A stretch of 64,000 bases of DNA, from the NCBI GenBank assembly GCA_014905635.1, contig JABVCE010000011.1:744001-808000 (forward strand). The letters are read 5' to 3'. The notes under the pieces were generated by a model. It did no database searches. It was not told the origin of the DNA and was given only the letters and a program-made list of their open reading frames with translations. Source of the stretch: Scenedesmus sp. PABB004 (taxonomy: Eukaryota). The position numbers and the translations under genes are program-made. Below, piece after piece: positions 1 to 13,479 of this stretch (position 1 is the first letter of the stretch; every line of letters begins with the position of its first letter).

Positions 1-965
1 CTGCTCGGCGGTTGCGCCGCTGGCAGCTGCCGCGTCGCCCACCGCCACGGCCTCCTCAAAGCGGCGCGCCTCCCTCCTGCAGGCACCGCGGCTCAGGCTG
101 CGCCGTTGTTGCGTGGCTGCGGTGGGGGGCCGGCCTCTCGGCAGATGCTGCCCCGACACTGCTGAAGCGAGCCGATCGGCGCCTCCGGCGGCCTGATCGC
201 GCGCAGTGCGAGGAGCTCAGCCACTTGGGGGGGCGCGGGGCCTGCCGGGCTGGGCGCGGCGGCGGCGATCGTGCGGCGGCGTGCAGCAGGCTTCACGGCG
301 GCACGTCCAATGCAGGCGTGGCTAGGGCAGAGGCTGCCTCTCAGGGATCAGGCTGCGCGTGCGACTGGAGCCGCGGCGTGGTCGGCGAGCTGCGGTCCGC
401 TACGCAGGCCGAGGCAGTGCGCGCCCAAACCGCGGCGACGCCGGCGCGGCAGTCTCGACCACCGGTGCCGTCAGCGACCATCACCTTCTAAACCGGCGCA
501 CCAGGCATGCCGCTCCCCGCACACGCGCGGTGAGGCAGCGGGGCGCGCTGCTCCCGCCGCCGAGTGCGCCCGCCGGCGCGCAGCGAGGCGGCGCCCGGGC
601 GCGTGCCAAGTCGCGCTCCGCCCACCATCACGACGCGCGGGCGTGCCGACAGGCAGCAGCATGGTGCGCGGCGCCGGGCGCGGCGGGCCTCGAGGAGAGC
701 AGCAGCAGCGGCGGGCGCGCGCGGCCCGCGGCGCCGCGCTCAGGCGAGGCCCGCGGCCGGCAGCGCCCGTGGTCGCTGTGCCGCGCTGCCTGCCAGCGCA
801 TGGCCAGGCGACGACGGCAGCGGCGTGGCGACCAGCGCGGCGCGGCGGCGCGCCCGCTGCTGCTGTCGCCCGCGCCAGCTTGCCGCTGTGCGCGCGTGCC
901 CCACTCCGTGACCTGACGCACCCCCTCCCGTCACACCTCATACGCTGCTGCGTCGGCCTCCGCAG

Positions 966-3109
966 GAGGGCGCGGCGGGAGCGGCGGCTGCCGGTGGCGG
1001 CAGCACCTCCGGCCCGGGCAGCGCGGACGGCGGCGCCGCATCGGACAGGGGCGCCGCATCGGACGGCGAGCGGAGCGGCTGCGAGGCGCAGGGCGAGGAG
1101 GAGGGCGGTGAGGAGGAGCTGCTGGCGAGCGCGTCGCTGAGCAGCGGCGCAGAGAGCAACAGCGCCGGCGACAGCAGCGACAGCGCCGACAGCGCTGACG
1201 CGGGCCGCCAGCGCAAGCGGGCGAGGGCCGGAAGCGCTGACGCGGGCCGCCAGCGCAAGCGGGCGAGGGCCGGCAGCGCCGGCGGCGGCCGGGAGCCCAA
1301 GCGGCCGCGCAGCGTCAACGCACACGAGGTTCTTGTGCAGCATGATGGCAGCCGGCAGGTGGAGACGGTGAGCGGCGGGGTGCGTGCGGCGGCGGCAGCT
1401 TTTGTGCGCGACGGCGGCGCGGCCTCACTGCTGCGCGGGCGCCCCGCGCTGCAATGCGGGTGCAGGGCCAGGTGCTCAAGACCAACAACGGCGGCATTTG
1501 TGTGCACCTCCCATCAGCCTTTGCGGCCGCCGCGTTCCCCGACCAGCCCTGCGACGTGCTCGTGGACGTGACGGTGGACGGCGCGGCGCCAGGTGCGGCA
1601 GGGGGGGGGGGGGGGGCACGCGCAGCCAGCCGCAGAGCTGGTGCGCGCCACTTCTGCATGCACGCTGACGGTGCACGTCGCCCACCGCTCGCCGCCACTG
1701 GCCACGCGTGCAGAGGGCGATGCCTCGCTGGCCATGGGCCGGCTGGCAACGTACATATTCAAAGCTGGCGATGCCAAGTGCACCCTGACCGGCGTCACCC
1801 CCCTGCTGTCGCCCTTTGCCGGCCACGTGCTGACGCGCCTCGTCGCCGCTGCCGGCGGCTGCCAGATCACGCTACACCTGGCGTCGCCGGCCGCTCACCA
1901 CCAGGCCGCGCAGGCGGCGGCAGCGGCGGCGGTCGCGCACAGCGAATGGCAAACGCGCGAGTGCAAGGTGCGCGCGGGCCAGTGCCGCAGCTGGCTGCAG
2001 TTGGTCAGGCGCTGCTGCTCACTGTTGGCAGCTGGCCGATCGCTGCTCGCGCGCCTGCCACCCCTTGCCGCCGCAGCGCCAGGACAAGAAGGTGGTGGAC
2101 GCGTCAACAGTGGGCAGGCAGCTCTACCTGCCGGTGAAGCTCTTCAAAGCGGCCTTCCCTGGCCAGGCGCTGCCGCTGCAGGGCGTGCAGCTGGAGGTGC
2201 ACAAGGACGGCGTGGCGCTGGCAGGTGCGTGGCGCTCAGGCTGGCCACCACCCTGCAGGCTGTTGCCCCCTCTGCTCCTGCGCCGTGCCGGCGCTCACCA
2301 CCACGCCGTGCCCTGGCTCCGCAGGCGACCCCGGCGAGCGTAACGCCGTCAACGTGTGCAAGAGCAATCGCGGTTTCAGCATCCCGCCCTCCCTGGGCCG
2401 CGCCGCAGCAGGCTGCGAGGTGGTGCAGCTCAAGGCGGCGGCGGCGCCCAACCGCCTGCAGGTGCACGTGCGCAGCCGCGCAGCCGGCCAGGCGGAGGGC
2501 GCTGGTGGCGAGGCCGGCCGGTCAGTGCAGCGGCAGGGCGCAGCACCGGGGCACAGGCGCGCGCAGCCTGCGGCGCGCCAGGCGGCCAGCGGCGGTGCAG
2601 CGCTGGGCGCCAGCCGGCTGGTGCCCACAACGCCGGCCCAGCTGCAGATCGCAGCGGCTGCTGCGGCGGCCTTCGGCCAGCACGGCGGCAGCGGCGGGGC
2701 AGAGTCGGCAGTCACCGCCGCCGCTGGCGGCAGCGCACAGCGGCAGGAGCAGGGCGCGCCCGCTGGCCAGCTGCAGCTGGCAGTCGGGCCAGCGGGCGCG
2801 AGCCACCAGCTGGATGCTGGCGGCGGCGCGGGCGGCCTGCCGCTGGCACTGGCGCCCTTTGCGAGCACGCAGCAGGCGTGGGCGCAGCTGATTGAGCTGC
2901 TGGACGCCCTGCCGCCGCCCGGCGCGCTAGACCTGCTGCTGCGCGTGCAGGCGGGCATGGACGCGCTGTGCGGGCTGCAGCCGAGCGACGCGCGCGTGGC
3001 GGGGCTGCGGAGCCGCTACGCGCTGCTGGCCGCGCTCGTGCGCGCGGGTGGCGACGCGGGCGTGCTGAGCCGCGCGCTGGACGGGCTGCTGCGCGAGGTG
3101 GGCGTGTGA
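966..3109 (+). CDS. Multi-exon hypothetical nuclear protein with duplicated basic NLS-like motif and two copies of an LxLP-x-F-xxAFP domain; 5' end unresolved
   Basis: CAG acceptor ends 965; acidic/Ser-rich exon with SADAGRQRKRARAG x2; later exons flanked by GT/AG encode VHLPSAFAAAAFPDQPCDVLVDVTVDG and LYLPVKLFKAAFPGQALPLQGVQLEVHKDG; last exon ends TGA 3109. Start codon not determined. Confidence 0.5.
1191..1274 (+). repeat. 42-bp in-frame tandem duplication (SADAGRQRKRARAG x2)
   Basis: agcgctgacgcgggccgccagcgcaagcgggcgagggccgg begins at 1191 and again at 1233. Confidence 0.9.
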
Positions 3110-3886
3110 CGGGGGGAGCGGCGGCAGCAGCCTGGGGCTGCATGCGGGCGGGCGCGAGTCCGGGGTCAGTGGGTGTCGGGCTCAGCGCCTGACGCCGAGT
3201 TGGCGGGAGTTGCAGGCAACACACGTGTGCGCGCGCGCGCACCCGCCCACCCCGTGGGCTGAGCGCCGCCTCGAATTGGAGGCAGCACACGCAGGCGGCG
3301 CCGCGTGCCAGCACGCCAGCAACGGCAGCGCCCGCCACGCCCCACAGCGCGCATGCGTGAGGGCATGCCCGGCGGTCGCCCGCGGCCGGGCCGCCAGTGC
3401 GCAGCCGCCGCGGGCGCAGCGCAGTGCGCGCTCCCGACCGCCTCGCCGCGCACAGGCGCGCGCGCCACCTGCTGCGGCTCGCGCGCCGTGCCGAGCGCCC
3501 CTCGCGTCGCCGCTCAGCCGGGGGACGTGAACAGCGCGGCGCAGTCTGCCTCAAACCACGCCCCCGCGCGGCACACCCAGCCGAGTTGCTGGCACGCGGC
3601 GCGGCGCGCCCCGCGCACCAGCCACGCGGCCGCCGCGCCCAAAATCGCGCCGCCGCCGCCGCCGCCGCCGCGCGGCGCGCCGGCCGCCGCGCACGCGCCG
3701 CGCCCGAGCAGCGCCGCCGCCGGCGCCGGCGCGGGCGACGACAGCTCCCGCGCCAGCGGGGCGGCGGCGACGACGGCGGCGTAGCACAGCGCCAGCGCGG
3801 CGTACCGCCGCAGCAGCCGCCGCCCCGCGCCGCCCGCGTGCGCGAGCAGCGCCGCCAGCGTCACGCCCTCGCCGCCGCCGGCGCCG

Positions 3887-7469
<3,583 letters not shown>

Positions 7470-8071
7470 CCCGCGGGCGCGCCGCGGCGCCTGCGGCGCG
7501 CGCGCCGGGCGCTACGCCTTGGGCCGGACCACGCTCGGACGCCGATCGATCAGGTGGGAACGCGCGACGAGCCCAAGGGCCGCTGCTGCGGGCGTGGCCG
7601 CGCGGGCTGCTGCTGCGCGGGCTGCTGCTGCGCGGCAGGCGCGGTCGTGGGGGCCGGCGAGTCTGGCGCGCTGGGCGTGGGAGAGGCCGGATTGTGGGGG
7701 CCGGCGCGCCGGAGCGACAGGCCGGTTGACGCCGCCGCGCCTGCTCGGCGCCCGGGGCGCAGCAGGTCCGACAACCGCCGCGCGGGCGGGGGCGCACCAG
7801 CGCTCGGCCGGCTCCAGCTCCAGCCGGGGCCATCCACGGCAGCTGGTGTCACAGCGCAGGTGGCAGGGGCCTGCCGCCGTGGCGGCGGCCAGCGTGCGGC
7901 GTCGCGGCCAGCGCAGCAGGGCTCGCCGGCGCAGAGCCCCGCGGACTGGCAAGCGCCGCCGCCGCGGCCGCCGTCATCACCACGCACGCGCCGCCTCACA
8001 CAGCAGCTGCCTGGCAGCTCCCACTGGCAGCTCGCGCCACACGTGCGCCGCGGCGGCCGCCGCCGGCAGCC

Positions 8072-11000
8072 ATGCACGCCCTGCTGCTCCACCGCGGCGC
8101 CAGCGCCCTGGCGGCGCGGCCGACCGGGATCAGGCGCGCCGTAGACGTCTGCAGGGTGCGCCAGGCCGGCGTTCCGCGCGTCAGCAGCAGCGCTGACGCG
8201 GTGAGCGAGGAGGAGGCCGAGCGCTTCGAGCGCATTGCCGCCGCGCTGGTGGAGAAGCTCAAGGACCTGCCCGACGGAGAGCTGGAGCCGGAAGGTGGGG
8301 AGCTCTCGGGCGCAGCCGCTTGCCGCGGCGCGGCCCGGCAGCCGCCGCGCGGGCCACGCACGCGCCGCCGCTGCTGCCGCCTGTCGTCGGCGGCGGCGGC
8401 GGCTCTGGCAATGCATGCAGCTGGCCAGGAGCGCTCAGCAGGCCGCCGGGACGCAGGGCAGCTGCGCGGCGCCGCCGCTGCTGCCCCGGGTGCCGCAACC
8501 GCCGGGCGCCGGCCGCGTGGTGCACGCCCGCTCGCCGCCCGCAGACGCCTTTGCTGACGAGGACCTGCTGCTGGAGTTTGGCTCCGTCGCCACGCCGCAG
8601 CAGGCCGCCGACGTGCAGCAGCGCCTCGACGAGCGCCGCGCGGCCGCGGCGGCCGCCGCGACGTCGTCGGCCGGCGCCGCCGCGCCCGCGTTTGTGCCGC
8701 GCCGCCTGCGCCGCACGGCGCTGCCGCTCGAGGCGCTGCCCAAGGTCGCGATCGTGGGCCGGCCCAACGTCGGCAAGAGCGCGATGTTCAACCGCCTCGC
8801 CGGCGCGGCGCTGGCGGTCGTCTATGACTACCCAGGTGCCCGCACCGCCCGCCGCTGCCCGCTGCCCGCTGCATGCTGCCCGCTGCCCGCTGCCCACTGC
8901 CCGCTGCCCGCGCTGCCCGCTGGGCGCTTGCCGACGCCGCCCGGCTGCCGGCGTGCGTGCACCGCTGCGCAGGCGTCACGCGCGACCGGCTCTACACGCG
9001 GGCCTTCTGGGGCGACAAGGAGTTTGTGCTCATTGACACCGGTGCGCGGCAGGCTGGGCCGGGCCGGGCTGGGCTGGCGCGGCAGGCGGCGCAAGCGGGG
9101 GCGCGCGCGGGAACGAGCGCGCTGCTGCGGCGCGCCGCCGGCGCAGGCGGCCTCATGAGCGACGCGGCGAAGCTGCCAGCGGAGCAGCAGGCGGCGGCGA
9201 TGGCCTCGATCTCGGCGGAGGGCCTCCCCGCGGCGATCGAGCGCCAGGCGGCGGCGGGTGCGCGGCGCGGCGCGCGAGAGGGCGCGCGCGGCGTCCCGGC
9301 GCGGGCGGCGGTGCCGCCTGCCGCCCGCCCGCCGGCAGGTGCCCGCCCTCGCGTCACTGCCGACGCCGCCGCCCTCCCCGGCCGCGTGGCCGCGCTCGCA
9401 GGCGTGGCCGAGGCGGACAGCATCGTCCTGGTCGTGGACGGGCAGGCGGGGCTGCATCCGAGCGACGAGGAGGTGCTCGCCTGGCTGCGCAGCAACCACC
9501 CGGGCAAGCCGGTGGTGCTGGCGGTGAACAAGTGCGAGAGCTCCACGCGCGGCCCCACACAGGTGCGGCGGCGGGGTCTGGCGGGCGCTGCGCCGCGTGG
9601 TTTGGCGGGCGCTGCGTCGCGCGCGCGCGCGCCGGCCCCGCCGACGCGCGGCTGCCCCCGCCGGCGCCGCCGCCCGCGGCGCGCTGCCGCCGCGGCGCAG
9701 GCCGCGGAGTTCTGGTCGCTCGGCCTCGAGCCGCACCCGGTCAGCGCGATCAGCGGCACCGGCACCGGCGAGATGCTGGAGCGCCTCGTCGCGGGCCTGC
9801 CGCCGCCGCGCGACATGGCGGCGGTCGACGAGCGCGACAAGCCGCTGGCGGTGGCGATCGTGGGCCGGCCCAACGTCGGTGCGGCGGCGCGGGGCTCGCT
9901 GCTTGGCCTGGGGCTGTGTGTTTTTGGTTGCTTGGGCCTGCCCGAGGGTGCTCTCCGGACAGCCCGCGCGCGCGGCCAAAGCCCTGCCGGCAGCTCGAGC
10001 AGCACGACGGAGCAGCGACGGCGGCGGGCGGCGGCGGGCACGGCGCGCCGCGCTTGCCCCGCACTGCTGCCAGCCCTAGCCCGAGTCCCGAGTCGTCCAC
10101 CTCCGTAGACGAGGCGCTCGCTCGCCCACTCGCAGCCGCGCCAGGGCCCCGCATTGCACGCGCCCCCGCTCCCCGCGCGCCCGCGGCGCCAGCGCCGCCC
10201 GGGCCGGGCGCCATGCTTCAGCAGCGACCGGGACCGCCGCTGGTGCAGCAGCCGGGCCCCCGCCTCACGCAGCTGCGCGGCGCGGGGCCGGCCCGGCGCG
10301 GCGGGCGGCAGGCGCGGCATGCGGGGGCCGCCTGGCGCCTGCGCAGCGTGGAGCTGGACCTGGAGGCCGCCAGCGCGCCCGGGAGCAGCGCCGCGCTCGC
10401 CGGCAGCCCGCGCGCCGCGCCCGGCGGCAGCAGCAGCAGCGGCGGCGCCGCCGCCGACGACGACGTGCTGATCGAGTTCCGGGACGTGCACAAGTCCTTT
10501 GGCAGCAAGCGCATCCTGCAGGGCGCGAGCTTCAAGATCCGGCGCGGCGAGGCGGTCGGCATCATCGGCGCGAGCGGGACGGGCAAGTCCACGACGCTGC
10601 GCCTCGCCGCGGGGCTGCTCGCGCCCGACCGCGGCGAGATCCTCATCTGCGGCCGCCCCCGCGTGGGCCTGCTCAGCGACCAGACGGGCGAGGAGCCGCT
10701 GCGCGTGGGCATGGTCTTCCAGAACGCCGCGCTCTTTGACTCGCTGACCGTCGGCGAGAACGTCGGGTTCCTGCTGTACGAGCACTCGAGCCTCCCCGCG
10801 GCCGAGATCCGCGCGCTCGTCGCCGACTCGCTCGGCAATGTCGGGCTCAGCGGCGTGGAGGCGCTCTTCCCGAGCGAGCTGAGCGGGGGCATGAAGAAGC
10901 GCGTTGCGCTCGCGCGCGCGGTCGTGACGGACGTGCGCGACACGGCAGAGCAGGTGCTCATGTATGACGAGCCGACCGCGGGGCTCGACCCCGTCGCGTC

Positions 11001-13187
11001 GACCGTCGTGGAGGACCTCATCCGCAGCCTGCAGCAAAAGGCGCCGCCGCCGGCGCTGCAGCCGGGCGGCAACGGCGCCGCCGGCGCTGCCGCCAACGGC
11101 GCCGCCAACGGCGCCGCCGCCGCGGTCGCGAGCAGCGACGGCGGCGGCGGGGCCCCGCGGCGGGGCGGCATCAGCAGCTACATCGTGGTCACGCACCAGC
11201 ACAGCACGATCCGGCGCGCGGTCGACCGCATCATCTTCCTCCACCAGGGCCAGGTCGTGTGGGAGGGCAGCACCGCCGAGTTTGACACGACCGACGAGCC
11301 GATCGTGCGCCAGTTTGCCGAGGGCAGCCTGGAGGGGCCGATCGCGTACGTGTGACGGCCCGCGGCGCGGCGGCGGCGGCCGCCGCCGCTGCTGCCACCT
11401 GCCTCGCTCCTCCCTTCTGTGCGGCCGCGCGTGCGGCCGGGCCTGCCGTGCGCGCCGCTGCTGCGATCGCAGCGGCGCGGGGCGCGGGCGCCGCCCTTGT
11501 AATTGCGCCTCGCGGTCACGGCCGGGCGCGCGTCTGGCAGCTGCTCCCCGCCGCACCTGCCTTGTCCTCCTGCCCTCGTTCGTGGCTGGCGCGATCTGCC
11601 TGCCCCCTACCCCTGGCTCCCGGCGGCGTCGCGTCGCACGCCCCCCGCGCGCCCGCCCGCCCACTCACTCACTCACGCGCTCGCGCGCGCCGCCGCGGCC
11701 CCCCGCGCGCCGCCGCCGCCGCCGCCCGCCCGCGCCGCAGGCAAGAGCAGCCTGCTCAACGCGGTCGTCGGCGAGGAGCGCGCGATCGTGTGCGACATGA
11801 GCGGCACCACGCGCGACGCGGTCGACACGACGGTCACGCTGCCGGGCGGGCGGCAGCTGACGCTCATCGATACCGCGGGCATTCGCAAGCGCGCGCGCGT
11901 CGCCGACAGCAAGTGCGGCGCGCGCCCGCGCGGGGGCGGGCCGCGGCGGCGCCGCTGCGCGCGGGGCGGGGTGCGCGGGCGGCGGAGCGCGGAGCGCGGG
12001 CGGCGTGCCGAGCGCAGGCGGCGCCGCGCCGCGCCGCGCCGTGCCGCGCCGCGCAGGGACGGCGCGGAGCAGCTGTCGGTGGACCGCGCGATGCGCGCGG
12101 CGGGGCGGGCGGAGATTGTTGTCATGGTCGTTGACGGCAGCGAGGGCGTCACGCAGCAGGCGCGGCGCGGCGCGGCGGGGACGCAGGGGACCCGCGGCGC
12201 GGCAAGGGCGCGGCGCGGGCGGCGCCCGCGGGGGTGGCGCCCGCGGGCGGCGCGCGCGTGGGCGCGGGCTCCCATCTCACCCGCCGGCGGCGCCGCCGGG
12301 GCGCGTGTGTTCGCAGGACTTCCGGCTCTCCGAGCTGGTCGCGCGCGACGGCTGCGCGGCGGTGGTGGTCGTGAACAAGTGGGACTGCGTGCCGCCCAAG
12401 GCGGCGGAGGACATGGCGGCGTACAAGGCCGACGTGCAGGCGCAGCTGCGCCCTGTCGGCTGGGCGCCCGTGGTCTGCACCACCGCGAGGTGCGCCGCGC
12501 GCCGCACGCTGCGCGCCGTGTGCGCTGCGCGCTGTGTGCTGCGCCGCCCGCGCCCACACGCCCACGAGCCCCCGCCGCCGCGCGCGCGCGCCCCGCAGCA
12601 AGGGGCGCCGCGTGGACGAGGTCGTGGCCGCGGTGCTCGCCGTCGGCGAGCAGCACCGCCGCCGCGTGAGCACGGCGACGCTCAACCTCGTGCTGCGCGA
12701 GGCGGTCGCCTGGAAGGCGCCGCCGAGCCAGCGCGGCAGCGGCAAGCAGGGCAAGCTGTACTATGCGACGCAGGCGGCCGCGGGGCCGCCCACGTTTGTA
12801 CTGTTTGTCAACGACCCCCGCCTCTTCCCGGACGACTACCGCCGGTGCGGCGCGCGGCGCGGCCGCGCGGCGCGGCGCGGCGCGGCCGCGCTCGTGTGGC
12901 GACGGGGAGGGAGGGGGAGGGGCGTGCGCGCGCTGGCGCGGGCGTGCGGGCGGCGCGTGCGGGCGCGCGCCGAGCGGTGCCGCGCGGCCGCCGCGCGGCC
13001 CGCAGGTACATCGAGCGCAACGTGCGGCAGAACATGGGCTTTGAGGGCACGCCCATCCGATTCTGGTACCGCGCGCGCCGCACGGCCGAGAAGGCGCCGG
13101 GCGACGACAGGCCGGCCGGCGGCGCGGCGGCGGCGGGCGGCGGCCGCGGCGGCGGTGGTGGCCGCGGCGGCGGCGGCCGCGGCGGGC

Positions 13188-13218
<31 letters not shown>

Positions 13219-13276
13219 CGGCTGGCGCGGCGCGCGGTCGGGCGGCCGCGGCGGCGGCGGCGGGCGCGGGCGCTGA
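8072..13276 (+). CDS. engA: Plastid ribosome-biogenesis double GTPase EngA/Der, about 11 exons
   Basis: ATG 8072 with transit-peptide-like N-terminus; GD1 [24 protein letters not shown]2 [10 protein letters not shown] (split by intron 9879-11740), GTTRD, DTAG, NKWD; KH-like C-terminus [10 protein letters not shown] and FEGTPIR; RGG-rich tail; TGA 13276. Confidence 0.95.
10213..11355 (+). CDS. TGD3: Intronless TGD3/MlaF-type ABC ATPase (plastid lipid import), nested in an EngA intron
   Basis: Single ORF of 380 aa from gccATG 10213; transit-peptide-like N-terminus; [11 protein letters not shown], Walker [26 protein letters not shown], signature [32 protein letters not shown]-terminal [15 protein letters not shown] typical of TGD3. 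Confidence 0.93.
   Translation: MLQQRPGPPLVQQPGPRLTQLRGAGPARRGGRQARHAGAAWRLRSVELDLEAASAPGSSAALAGSPRAAPGGSSSSGGAAADDDVLIEFRDVHKSFGSKRILQGASFKIRRGEAVGIIGASGTGKSTTLRLAAGLLAPDRGEILICGRPRVGLLSDQTGEEPLRVGMVFQNAALFDSLTVGENVGFLLYEHSSLPAAEIRALVADSLGNVGLSGVEALFPSELSGGMKKRVALARAVVTDVRDTAEQVLMYDEPTAGLDPVASTVVEDLIRSLQQKAPPPALQPGGNGAAGAAANGAANGAAAAVASSDGGGGAPRRGGISSYIVVTHQHSTIRRAVDRIIFLHQGQVVWEGSTAEFDTTDEPIVRQFAEGSLEGPIAYV
11498..11502 (+). promoter_or_regulatory. TGTAA chlorophyte poly(A) signal of TGD3, inside the EngA intron
   Basis: cttgtaatt about 140 nt after the TGD3 stop; UGUAA is the established chlorophyte poly(A) signal. Confidence 0.7.
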
Positions 13277-13303
13277 CCCGTCGTCGCCTGTGAACCGCGG
13301 CCC

Positions 13304-13308
13304 TGTAA
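13304..13308 (+). promoter_or_regulatory. TGTAA poly(A) signal of EngA
   Basis: cctgtaacc 27 nt after the EngA stop. Confidence 0.65.
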
Positions 13309-13479
13309 CCAGCCGCGCGGCCGAGGCCAATGCAGAGCCCCCGGCCGCCGCACCGCCAGCAGCGGCGCGCCCTCGCGTCCGGCCGCGCGGGCGAGCCGGC
13401 GCTGCGCCGCCGCGGCGTGCACGAGCAGCGCTGCTCGCGCGGCGCCGGCTAGCGCCGGGCGCCTGTGCCGCCAGCAGCC

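Noticed and set aside
12..491. Possible last exon of an upstream plus-strand gene ending TAA 491
   Set aside because: No recognisable motif and the start lies outside the window, so it cannot be supported.
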